Shown one piece after another: positions 32,524 through 41,844 of a stretch of 64,000 nucleotides of DNA. Made by a program: the position numbers and the translations under genes. The stretch covers positions 174,849 to 238,848 of the forward strand of contig CBDATR010000034.1 in the NCBI GenBank assembly GCA_965200155.1, written 5' to 3'. Positions within the stretch are counted from its first letter, which is position 1. Every line of letters begins with the position of its first letter. The notes under the pieces were generated by a model. The model did no database searches. It saw only the letters and a program-made list of their open reading frames with translations, and was not told the DNA's origin. The stretch comes from Nitrosopumilaceae archaeon (GTDB taxonomy: Archaea; Thermoproteota; Nitrososphaeria; Nitrososphaerales; Nitrosopumilaceae).

Positions 32524-34034
32524 TAGTCCACCTCTGGACCGCGCATATTTTTCAGCATAAGCCGGTTGGCGCCATCCACCACTGCCTGCACGCTGGTAGT
32601 GACAATGTCCTTGCCCACCGACTTTGAGGATATGGCATTTCCCTGTGGATCCTCCACTCTTACGGTGACCTCACACAAGGCGGTGGAGCCCCCGGATATG
32701 GATGCCAGCTGATAGTCCTTTATTCTCATCTCAGAGGCGGCGCCGGTTATCTTTTGTATTGCATTAAGGGAAGCATCCACCGGTCCCACGCCATAGTCGG
32801 TCTCAGAGTAGTCCTTGCCGTCAATGTTCAGTTTCACAAAGGCATAGGGCATGGTACCTATTCCCGTGGAGACAGAGAATCCTACAAGTCGTACAAGCCT
32901 ACCAATGTGGCTGTCCCCCATTATGTCATTAGATATTGCCAATAATTCCACCTCCGTTACAAGCTTGCCCTGATCCCCCATCTTCTTTACCTGTGATAGT
33001 ATGTCCCTGGACTGCTGCTCTGTCGGTTTAATTCCATACTCCTCCAGTATGGCGTTGGTTCCGTGAAGTCCTGCATGCTTGCCCACCCGAAGCCACCTCT
33101 TTCTGCCTACAAGTTCCGGCCCTATGGGCTCGTACGTCAGGGGGTTACTCAGTATGCCATGTGTATGAATGCCCGACTCGTGCCCGAATGCATTGTCTCC
33201 CACTATGGCCTTGTTGGGCTGCACCTGCATGCCCGCGACCTGTGATATGAAGCGGGATGTCTCGTATATTTTCTTGGTCTCTATGCCTGTCTCATATGAC
33301 TCGTCGTGCTGCAGGCACTTTAGCGCCATTACAAGCTCCTCCAGCGAGGCGTTCCCGGCCCTCTCCCCTATGCCGTTTATGGTTACATGGGCGCAGGATG
33401 CCCCTGCCTGTATCCCCGACAATGAATTGGCTACCGCCAGGCCAAAATCATTATGGCAGTGAACCGATACGGGCAGGCCCGATGCTTCTATGGCATCGGC
33501 AGTTATTTTGGCGATATACTGTGGCGTGGAGTAGCCAACAGTATCCGGTATGTCTATGCGGTCCGCTCCCGCGGCAGCTACAGCAGAGAATACCTTGCTT
33601 AGATACTCCCTGTCCGTGCGGGTTGCATCCTCCGCGGAGAACTCTACCTGCAGTCCCCGGGATTTCGCATACTCTACGGCCTCTACAGCCTTGGTTAGTG
33701 CCGTATCACGGTCCATCTTTAGCTTGTATTCCAGGTGCATATCTGAGGTTGCAATGAAGGCATGCGCGTAATTCAAGCCCGCGTCCACTATCGCGTCAAT
33801 GTCCCGGCTATTGGCGCGGGCCAATCCGCACACATCACAGGAGAGCCCGGCCTCGGATATGCGTCGTACTGCGTCCATCTCACCCTGTGATATGACTGGA
33901 AATCCCGCCTCTATGACATCAACACCCAGCCGGTCCAGCCTCTTGGCTATGTCCAGCTTCTGGGGCGGCGAGAGGGATATTCCAGGTGTCTGTTCCCCGT
34001 CCCTGAGTGTGGTATCGAATATACGTATCCTCAT
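32523..34034 (-). CDS. leuA: 2-isopropylmalate synthase / citramalate synthase family
   Basis: DTTLRDGEQTPG, HCHNDFG, GIGERAGN, HESGIH. Confidence 0.88.
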   Translation of the reverse strand: MRIRIFDTTLRDGEQTPGISLSPPQKLDIAKRLDRLGVDVIEAGFPVISQGEMDAVRRISEAGLSCDVCGLARANSRDIDAIVDAGLNYAHAFIATSDMHLEYKLKMDRDTALTKAVEAVEYAKSRGLQVEFSAEDATRTDREYLSKVFSAVAAAGADRIDIPDTVGYSTPQYIAKITADAIEASGLPVSVHCHNDFGLAVANSLSGIQAGASCAHVTINGIGERAGNASLEELVMALKCLQHDESYETGIETKKIYETSRFISQVAGMQVQPNKAIVGDNAFGHESGIHTHGILSNPLTYEPIGPELVGRKRWLRVGKHAGLHGTNAILEEYGIKPTEQQSRDILSQVKKMGDQGKLVTEVELLAISNDIMGDSHIGRLVRLVGFSVSTGIGTMPYAFVKLNIDGKDYSETDYGVGPVDASLNAIQKITGAASEMRIKDYQLASISGGSTALCEVTVRVEDPQGNAISSKSVGKDIVTTSVQAVVDGANRLMLKNMRGPEVD

Positions 34035-34525
34035 GCCCCACTCCTTTGGAGAGCGACTATTCCGGTTGTGGCCATCTCTATTATGCCAAACTTTTTCGCC
34101 AACTCCTCAAAGGCGCGTATCTGAGATGGCGTAGCAGTAAGCTCCGCCATTATGGAGTCCTGCTTGGTGTCATGAGCCTTGGCTCCATATGCCTTTATCA
34201 ACTGGTTTATCTCCATGCTCTCCTGGGCGTTGGATATTCGTATCTTGAATATGGCCAGTTCCCGGTATACGGTCTTGTGCTGATCAAGGCGCCTTACCTC
34301 GACGGTGTCTATCATCTTTTCTAGCTGCTTGCCTATCTGGGTAATCTGTTTTATGTCCCCATATGCGGTGATGGTCATTCTTGATAGTTCCGGGTTCTCT
34401 GTTACTCCGACAGCGATGGTGTCTATGTTGAAGTTGCGGGCCCTGAACATGTGAGTTACCTTAAAGAGTATACCCGGCCTGTTTTCCACTAGAATAGAAA
34501 ATATTGCCCATTCCATACGCATCAC
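34031..34525 (-). CDS. ilvN: acetolactate synthase small subunit
   Basis: VENRPGIL....F..R.FNI ACT domain. Confidence 0.9.
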   Translation of the reverse strand: MMRMEWAIFSILVENRPGILFKVTHMFRARNFNIDTIAVGVTENPELSRMTITAYGDIKQITQIGKQLEKMIDTVEVRRLDQHKTVYRELAIFKIRISNAQESMEINQLIKAYGAKAHDTKQDSIMAELTATPSQIRAFEELAKKFGIIEMATTGIVALQRSGA

Positions 34526-36210
34526 GAAGGCAGTATCATGTCCTTGAGTGGTGTTCCCGGAGCTACAAAGGGTAGCACATCCTCTTCCGGATCTATTGGA
34601 ATATCTATTACAGTGGCCACATCGCTATTCAGGGCTGCGCGGATGGCCTTGTCCAGCTCCTCCATGGACTGGGCCCGTATCCCCTGTGCCCCATAGGACT
34701 CGGCCAGTTTCACATAGTCGGGGCAGCGACCCTGATCCACGCCTACCATTCGCCTGCCAAAGAATGTTCTCTGCCACTGGGCCACCATACCCAGGCTGTA
34801 ATTATTTATCAGAAACACGATAACGGGTATGTCTTCTAGTACGGAGGTGGCAAGAGAGTTCTCCGTCATGTTAAAGCTGCCATCACCGGCTATGTCCACT
34901 ACGTGTACGTTTGGTCGGGCCACCTTGGCCCCTATGGCTGCAGGAAAGCCCCATCCCATGGTACCAAGACCGGTAGAGCTAAAGAATGTGCCCGGCGATA
35001 TCACATCAAAGAATAGTGACGCCCACATCTGGTGCTGTCCCACCTCTGTGGTCACTACGGAGTCTGCGGGAAGCAGCTCCCGTAACTTTCGCAGTATCTT
35101 TGCCGCTCCCAGCTCTCCGGGGTGTATCTTGAGGTTCTCCTTCCAGTAGGCGCGCATATCCCTTGCGTGTCTCAGCCACTCTCCCTTGTCATCGGGATTG
35201 ATCTTTGTACTCTGTAGTAACCTGAGCATGACCCGCAGGGATGCCTTCAGGTCGCCTACCACCGCGACCCTGGTGGTCTGGTTCTTTCCTATCTCTGCCG
35301 GGTCCACGTCCATGTGAATAATGGTGCGCCTGTTCTCAAAGTCCGCAAAGGTGCCCACTGATCTATCCGAAAAGCGTGTCCCTATTGCCAGTACGCAGTC
35401 TGATTCTGACATTATCTTGTTGGCTTCCGCGTGGCCGTGCATGCCTATGGGACCCATGGACAGGGGGTGATTCTCCGGAAATGCACCCTTGCCCTTAAAC
35501 GTGGTAACTACCGGTAGCGAGAGAAGCTCTGCCAGGGCCTGCAGCTCCGCAAAGGCCGATGATATTATGGCGCCTCCACCGGCCAGTATGACCGGCTTGT
35601 TTGATCTCACCAAGGCCTGAATGGCCCGCTCCACGTTGTCAATGTCCGGATCCATCCATGGGTTATAGCCCCTGATCTTTACCTGATCCGTCATTGTGAT
35701 ATCTGCCTCGCCGGTCTGTACATCCTTGGGTATGTCTATAAGAACGGGACCTGGCCGCCCGGTGGATGCTATGTAGAACCCCTTTTGCACCGACACTGGC
35801 ACCTCTTCTACAGTGCGGGGCTGGAACGCATACTTGACTACCGGATTTGCCATACCTATTATGTCGCTCTCCTGAAACGCATCCTTCCCTATCATGTTTA
35901 CCGGTACCTGGCCAGTCACCGCTACCATGGGTGCCGAGTCTGCTTGCGCCGTGGCTATTCCGGTAAGTATGTTAGTGGCACCGGGCCCTGATGTGGCAAA
36001 GCACACTCCTGGTCTCCTGCTTACCCTGCCATACCCGTCGGCCATGTGTGACGCGGATTGCTCATGGCGCACCAGAATGTGCCGTATGTCACACCTGTTG
36101 AATTCATCATACATGGGAAGGTTGGCTCCCCCGGGAAGGCCAAATACCTCCTTGACCCCCTCCCGTTCTAGGGCGGTCATAAGCGACTTGGCACCTGTCA
36201 TATTGCTCAT
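34522..36210 (-). CDS. ilvB: acetolactate synthase large subunit
   Basis: FGLPGGA, RHEQ, TSGPGATN, GDGSF; start taken after the GGAGG SD (track start 36228). Confidence 0.94.
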   Translation of the reverse strand: MSNMTGAKSLMTALEREGVKEVFGLPGGANLPMYDEFNRCDIRHILVRHEQSASHMADGYGRVSRRPGVCFATSGPGATNILTGIATAQADSAPMVAVTGQVPVNMIGKDAFQESDIIGMANPVVKYAFQPRTVEEVPVSVQKGFYIASTGRPGPVLIDIPKDVQTGEADITMTDQVKIRGYNPWMDPDIDNVERAIQALVRSNKPVILAGGGAIISSAFAELQALAELLSLPVVTTFKGKGAFPENHPLSMGPIGMHGHAEANKIMSESDCVLAIGTRFSDRSVGTFADFENRRTIIHMDVDPAEIGKNQTTRVAVVGDLKASLRVMLRLLQSTKINPDDKGEWLRHARDMRAYWKENLKIHPGELGAAKILRKLRELLPADSVVTTEVGQHQMWASLFFDVISPGTFFSSTGLGTMGWGFPAAIGAKVARPNVHVVDIAGDGSFNMTENSLATSVLEDIPVIVFLINNYSLGMVAQWQRTFFGRRMVGVDQGRCPDYVKLAESYGAQGIRAQSMEELDKAIRAALNSDVATVIDIPIDPEEDVLPFVAPGTPLKDMILPS

Positions 36211-36258
36211 TATATCATAATCCTCCATAACTACTCAGTGGCGTGATTACTCATCACG

Positions 36259-36300
36259 CTAAGGCAACACCAGCAACAAGGGGGTTGCAGGGACCATCAT
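36259..36300 (-). promoter_or_regulatory. putative leader peptide uORF MMVPATPLLLVLP upstream of ilvB
   Basis: TATA (tttattaa, 36330-36323) about 30 nt upstream; run TTG TTG CTG GTG TTG; 7-bp hairpin at 36241-36259 overlapping the stop. Confidence 0.6.
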
Positions 36301-36349
36301 ACTCATTGAACAATTAGTTGCTTTAATAAATTTTGGCATGTTGGGACTT

Positions 36350-36471
36350 GTAACCGTTTAGGTCGCGTAAATCTAGACGATAAATCCGTGGGCATATGAT
36401 GATAGAAAAGGCAAGAATGGATATGTTCGCGGTGTATTGAGTGGTTGTCTAGGAGTGAACTAAACGGTTAC
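36350..36471. mobile_element. MITE-B (122 bp)
   Basis: TIR gtaaccgtttag; 9-bp TSD ttgggactt. Confidence 0.85.
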
Positions 36472-36548
36472 TTGGGACTTTGGTACAAACCGGATTTGTT
36501 GCTCTTTTACGCTGGGGTTATGGTGAATCCCAATCTGATATGTATGCG

Positions 36549-37328
36549 TTAGTGGCATGTACGGCAGTGATGGGACGAATCCATGTCATATTCATATACC
36601 ATGTATGAATCCCCGGTACTTACTGCACGATACGACCAATTCTTGGACCACGGGGCAAGCATGAACTCTTTCTGCAAATCCGGGCGCAGGCGATTATACA
36701 CGTCCATGCCCAGCAGTATTTGATCCGGTTTTGCGCGGGCCTCTATCTTTGCGGCCATATTCATGGAGCGGCCCATCATGTCCAGGTGCCTCCTCTCGCC
36801 CTTTCCATACTGTATTACTATATTCAGGCCATAATCTATTCCTATCTTGACTTGTAGCTCCGGAAAGTCATATTGGGTTAGTACCGGGTTTATGCCCCAC
36901 TTTATCACCGGTAGCATGGTCTTGGCGCATGTCACTGCATCGTCCACCGACTGCCGTACACTGCTTCTCTTGCTTACAAAGTATCCTATAACTGCATCTC
37001 CCATGAATTTGAGTACCAGTCCGTGATTTTTTACTACAATAATGCCCATCTCTTGTACGAAGGTTGACATTATTGGGATTATGTTTGCGGGGGCCTGGTC
37101 CAGCGCCAATTGCGTTGATCCCACTAAATCTATATACAAAATGGCGGAGTTAAACCTTCTTGATACGTGCCTCCCCAGAAAATCCTCTGACTCCTCTATT
37201 ATGCCTGAATAGTTGTATCCCCTTTTGAGGGCTGCATAAACACGAGTCTGTATGTCCTGTATTGTGGTACCTGCATATATCTCAGTATCAAGAGTGATCC
37301 CTTTGGTATCAGGAGTCATCTCGATCAT
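36549..37328 (-). CDS. class III adenylate/guanylate cyclase domain protein
   Basis: YIDLVGST, KFMGDAV, KIGID.G, G.SMNMAAKIE. Confidence 0.88.
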   Translation of the reverse strand: MIEMTPDTKGITLDTEIYAGTTIQDIQTRVYAALKRGYNYSGIIEESEDFLGRHVSRRFNSAILYIDLVGSTQLALDQAPANIIPIMSTFVQEMGIIVVKNHGLVLKFMGDAVIGYFVSKRSSVRQSVDDAVTCAKTMLPVIKWGINPVLTQYDFPELQVKIGIDYGLNIVIQYGKGERRHLDMMGRSMNMAAKIEARAKPDQILLGMDVYNRLRPDLQKEFMLAPWSKNWSYRAVSTGDSYMVYEYDMDSSHHCRTCH

Positions 37329-37332
37329 GCCT

Positions 37333-37440
37333 CTACTCCAACGGAAAATCTATTCCACATTTGTCGCAACTCCCACGCATGCCTCTATAACTCTCATCAT
37401 ATCTATGCTTTATCGCGGCTCCGCAGTGATGACAGTACAT
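37333..37440 (-). CDS. 35-aa zinc-ribbon protein
   Basis: MYCHHC...RGSCDKC..DFPLE. Confidence 0.6.
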   Translation of the reverse strand: MYCHHCGAAIKHRYDESYRGMRGSCDKCGIDFPLE

Positions 37441-37494
37441 GTGTATGATCATTATGGTGATTCCATTATATAATACGCATGAGATTCTGTTCCT

Positions 37495-38325
37495 GTGCGT
37501 ATAACTGTCGAAGGGCCTCTTGCCCCCCTGCACGGGGCTGTATCCGGTATAGAGGCAATGTTCATGGATAAAATGAAACATGCGACAAAGACTGCTACCA
37601 GAACCGTAATGCTGGGTGATGCCACCGTTACGTCCCAGAGCACATTTGATCCCCGTCAGGTCAGTGACTTTTTCAAGACCGTTATGAAATCGCTCCCACA
37701 GTGGAGCACTCATGGGGTTACAATTACCAACAATGAGGACATACGGCGGGTGTTTGTCAAATTCCAGACTAACGTGGGCAAATATGTGCTATCGGGACAT
37801 TTCTCTGTACAGTTTCATGTACTGCTGTATTATGTGCCAGATCAGCGTGTGGTGGACTGCCAAAAGGCTCTCTCAGAGACAATAGATGCCTCCAAGAGTG
37901 GCGAGGAGGATCTTGCCCGGATATCTGAGGAGGGAATGGTGAAGCATATGCGCTCACTGGGTTATGACAAGCTGGATACGCAGGATCTCTTTGAGATATT
38001 ATATGAGAATGACGACATACGCGCCTCGCTGGAATCTCAACTGGAGGAGGGTCGTACTACAAAGATACGCCAGCTTCAACAGAGAAAGCGGGATTTATTC
38101 GAAGAGCTGGACAGCCTGCTGACCGAGGTGTATCAGTGCAGTGCAGTTCTAATAGATGATGCTCGATTAGTTACCGGCGAGGAGGGGTGTCTTTGCACCT
38201 TTGATGTTGAGCTTGTGGAGGATGGGCGGCGCGTATCCATTCCGGAGAAACTGGATGCTGATACTATGGCATCATTGCAGGTGGGCCTGGCACAGGTTGC
38301 TGCGGCAATACGGGCTCAACTGTAA
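37495..38325 (+). CDS. conserved hypothetical protein
   Basis: 276-aa ORF; S.QFHVLLYY.PD, LV.GEEGC. Confidence 0.75.
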   Translation: MRITVEGPLAPLHGAVSGIEAMFMDKMKHATKTATRTVMLGDATVTSQSTFDPRQVSDFFKTVMKSLPQWSTHGVTITNNEDIRRVFVKFQTNVGKYVLSGHFSVQFHVLLYYVPDQRVVDCQKALSETIDASKSGEEDLARISEEGMVKHMRSLGYDKLDTQDLFEILYENDDIRASLESQLEEGRTTKIRQLQQRKRDLFEELDSLLTEVYQCSAVLIDDARLVTGEEGCLCTFDVELVEDGRRVSIPEKLDADTMASLQVGLAQVAAAIRAQL

Positions 38326-38346
38326 TGACGGATTATACAAAATGTA

Positions 38347-38420
38347 TGGACCGAAGGGGATTTGAACCCCTGACCCCCCGCGTGCAAGGCGGGTATACTA
38401 CCAGTCTATACTATCGGCCC
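38347..38420 (-). tRNA. tRNA-Ala(UGC)
   Basis: GGGCCGA/TCGGTCC-A acceptor; CCCGC-CTTGCAC-GCGGG anticodon arm. Confidence 0.93.
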
Positions 38421-38498
38421 GTGTAATTACTGTGATTCATGGGAATTTTAACTTATTCTCATAATGGTTTAATTTGGGGGGTCCCCGTGCATTCATTT

Positions 38499-39050
38499 AT
38501 GGTTCTATTAGAATCACAGATAGTACTAAAGACGGGTGATACTGCCCCGGACTTTGAGCTGCGAGGAGTCGATGGCAATATGCATTCTACCAGTCAGTAC
38601 AAGAAGGAGGGGCTGCTGGTTATTTTCATGTGCAATCACTGTCCCTACGTCAAGGCAAAAGTCGACGCTCTAAACGAGATATACGTCGCGTATGGAGACC
38701 GTATAGACATGGTGGGCATAAACAGCAATGATGCCGCTACGTATACAGAGGACAGTTACGAGAACATGAAGAGTATGGCGCAGGAGAAGGGGTTCGGATT
38801 TGATTACCTGGTGGATGAGTCACAGGAGGTGGCAAAAAGATACGGTGCCATGTGTACACCGGATCCATACCTGTTTGACTCGAGTCACAGACTGGTCTTT
38901 CATGGACGCATAGATGATGCCCACGGCCCAGATAAACAGCCCACTGCAAAGACCATGATGGATAACATAGGCCTGATGCTGGCGGGGTCTGTCATACCCA
39001 AGGACTTTGATCCGTCTATTGGCTGTTCCATAAAATGGAAGCAAAACTAA
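38499..39050 (+). CDS. thioredoxin-family (AhpC/TSA-like) protein
   Basis: APDFEL, FMCNHCPYV, CTPD, SIGCSIKWK. Confidence 0.88.
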   Translation: MVLLESQIVLKTGDTAPDFELRGVDGNMHSTSQYKKEGLLVIFMCNHCPYVKAKVDALNEIYVAYGDRIDMVGINSNDAATYTEDSYENMKSMAQEKGFGFDYLVDESQEVAKRYGAMCTPDPYLFDSSHRLVFHGRIDDAHGPDKQPTAKTMMDNIGLMLAGSVIPKDFDPSIGCSIKWKQN

Positions 39051-39078
39051 AAAGACACTTTTTGCGTAACTAGTGATA

Positions 39079-39153
39079 GGGCTCGTAGCTCAGCTTGGCT
39101 GGAGCGTTCGACTGATAATCGAAAGGTCGTGAGTTCGAATCTCACCGGGCCCA
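39079..39153 (+). tRNA. tRNA-Ile(GAU)
   Basis: GGGCTCG...TTCGA-CTGATAA-TCGAA...GTTCGAAT...CGGGCCCA. Confidence 0.94.
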
Positions 39154-40038
39154 CTATATATTCTGGTGTACGGTCTCGCACCACTGCATAATGTCGTCTG
39201 GGTTTGGTGATGCCATGTCTGCCCCAAACCTGTTGCCATCTGTTTGGCTACAGAGCGCTAAACGAATCATGCCTCCGAACTTTGATTCTGCCTGGCGAAC
39301 CGAGTCCGACAGAAACTTCAACTCCTCGCTGCCCCCGCCGAACACTGTTACGACCATGATTCCAGGCGTTCCCCTCCAGATACGATTCATTATTTTTTGC
39401 AATTCTATATCAAAGAATACGTCAACGATGCCTGATATGTCCCCCAGGTCGCATATGCGCCAGCCCTTGGCCGATAGTGCCGCCGATACTGCCTGGGAGT
39501 ATATAACGTGGCTTGGCTGCGCGGTCATTATGATGCAGTTTTTTGTGCGGAGTGGTGCATGATTCAATGTCATTCCCTGTAGTGACTTTACTATGATGTC
39601 CCAGTACATTCTAAGCTCGGTGTCTCCTATCTTGCCCTCTTGGTGCATGTTGTTGGCGGACTGTATGGCAGGTAATACTACCTCGGAGATTAGCGTGAAT
39701 GGCTTGGCTCCTGACTGGATGCAGTTCTGAATTACTGTGCGGGCGCCCGTGCCGTCTCCTGCGGTAATCATTTCTTGGTATCGGGGGGCCACCTTGAAGT
39801 AGTCCTGGGGAAACTCGTATCCCGTTGTGGCGCGTGTAATGCTCCATATGTTGACGTTTCCTGCGCGCCAACCTTGCACTATGCCGCGCATTTCAAAGTA
39901 GCCCAGATACTTTGATAGTGTGATTCTGCTCATGCCCATCCTGGATGCCAGCTCTGATCCTGACATACCCGATTCTGACTCTCCCAGGATTTTTACCAGG
40001 CGCCGGAGTATCTCTGTCTGGTCGTATCCGCGCGCCAT
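39154..40038 (-). CDS. wHTH transcriptional regulator with B12-binding-cap-like domain
   Basis: N-terminal SG.ELA...G.SRITLSKYL HTH; helical bundle plus Rossmann-like C-terminus. Confidence 0.75.
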   Translation of the reverse strand: MARGYDQTEILRRLVKILGESESGMSGSELASRMGMSRITLSKYLGYFEMRGIVQGWRAGNVNIWSITRATTGYEFPQDYFKVAPRYQEMITAGDGTGARTVIQNCIQSGAKPFTLISEVVLPAIQSANNMHQEGKIGDTELRMYWDIIVKSLQGMTLNHAPLRTKNCIIMTAQPSHVIYSQAVSAALSAKGWRICDLGDISGIVDVFFDIELQKIMNRIWRGTPGIMVVTVFGGGSEELKFLSDSVRQAESKFGGMIRLALCSQTDGNRFGADMASPNPDDIMQWCETVHQNI

Positions 40039-40419
40039 TGTGGTATGATATGGGATAGTGACGCCTAAAAAACGGCGCCCTATGGATTCTTGTTCATATG
40101 TCTAAATTTACAGACGATGATTATCACTGCCCTCACGTGTCATCAGTCACTAAAGATGTGAAATGATTATTCCGGATAATAACACTACAAAAAGTGATGT
40201 TATTTCTCCCTGTGTATGAATAATTCGCATATCTCTCATTATATTTCAATAAAAACATGCAAAACTGAGCGAGCAAGTGTGTGGGGTGACATACTGTTGC
40301 TAGTAACCATAATTTCAAAAATAAAAACACTAAAATAAAAATTAATTATTATCTTTTTTAAATACGACTTTTCTAATTTTGCTATAATAAAATGAAAAAC
40401 AAAAAAGAATTACAAATCT

Positions 40420-40573
40420 GTATGAGTTCACGTGTTTTGATCATTCACTAAGATATAGATTGGCATGACAATATTTGTATGAGTTCACGCCTTCCGGAAT
40501 CGTGCACAAATCACATTAACTGGTAACCGGTTCTATCAGTTGTGCGTAAATTTAGACACAGGTGAACTCATAC
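40420..40573. mobile_element. IS66-A left-end stub + MITE-A (40477-40573)
   Basis: gtatgagttcacgtgttttgatcattcac then MITE; no TSD. Confidence 0.8.
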
Positions 40574-40690
40574 TACGTTAGTGCTGGCAGATGTTATTCA
40601 CATTGTTCATGCTTGACTGATTGTGTGCCATAAAATACACCCCAGTTTGAAGCAACATGGGATGTTACTGTCAATCATGCGCATAAGGTC

Positions 40691-41710
40691 TAGTAGTTCA
40701 GATTGCACAAGCCAGATGGTAAAGAGAATAACAGAGGAATCAAGACAAAAGAGGCGTTGCCACAACCAACATAGCTCAAGACCTGAAACAAGACACGTAC
40801 GAAGATTGTGAACCAGAGGACGGGAACGACTCGAGTAAAGATGGGCAGGCCCATGATGCCAACCACCGACACCCAGATACGAATGGTAACTGAAGCATAT
40901 CACAAGGATCCCGCCGGAGTAGTACGTATTGCAAAGAGGCTTAGACATACATATCGCGCAGTATATAGCATAATGAAAAAGAACGGCACGACAGTCTCAT
41001 CACCTGCAAAGTCAGAGTGGGTACGCTATGAGCGTAAATATTCCAATGCAATGTGGCACTGGCGTGTCATGAAAGATGAGCGCTTCAGGGGACTGAATCT
41101 CATAGATGATGCATCTAGGCGCATAGTCGGGGCAGCACTATTCTAGCATACAACCTCAGAGAACGCCGCTCTTACTGAGACTGGCAATGAAACGATTCGG
41201 CGCCCCTGCATCTCGGATAACGGCGCGGTATGAGTTCACCTGTGTCTAAATTTACGCACAACTGATCGCGACAGTTAAAGAACCGGTTCTTTTGTGCACA
41301 AGATTCCGGAAGACGTGAACTCATACACGGCGCGTGTTTCGTATGACAATAAAAGAGCAAGAAAAGCTGGAAACCCACACTATTCTAGGAAGAACTGCTG
41401 GATCAAGACATCATACTAATCAATTCCAGACCATACCACCCGCAGACAAATGGCAAACTGGAGCGCTTCCATGGAATGATTGAGGACGAGGGGACTCTTA
41501 TTTAAGAGTCCAACGAGATATGGTATTATGACAGTCTCCGGGATTATGTAGACTACTACAATGAGAGAAGGTTGCACTTCTCACTGGATATAGATAACGG
41601 CGAAACACCACTCCAGGAATAAAAAGGCGACCCAGACAATTAGGGCAAATGATGCAAAATGGATGGAGCGAGATACCAATGACTAGCGTACCGACTTTTC
41701 ATACATTGCA
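40691..41710 (+). mobile_element. IS481-family element, 5'-truncated (copy 4)
   Basis: Identity to other copies; right end ...ttttcatacattgca. Confidence 0.85.
41228..41326 (+). mobile_element. MITE-A (99 bp)
   Basis: TSD acggcgcg. Confidence 0.9.
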
Positions 41711-41844
41711 TACGTGTCCACCTAAACTGTTACATCCGGTCCTGTATTCACCAAAAAGAAAGAATGCCAGAAATTGCCATTATGACAAAACCTGGTTTTG
41801 GCACAGATGAACTGCTTATATGATAGTTTGGGGTTAACATTATA

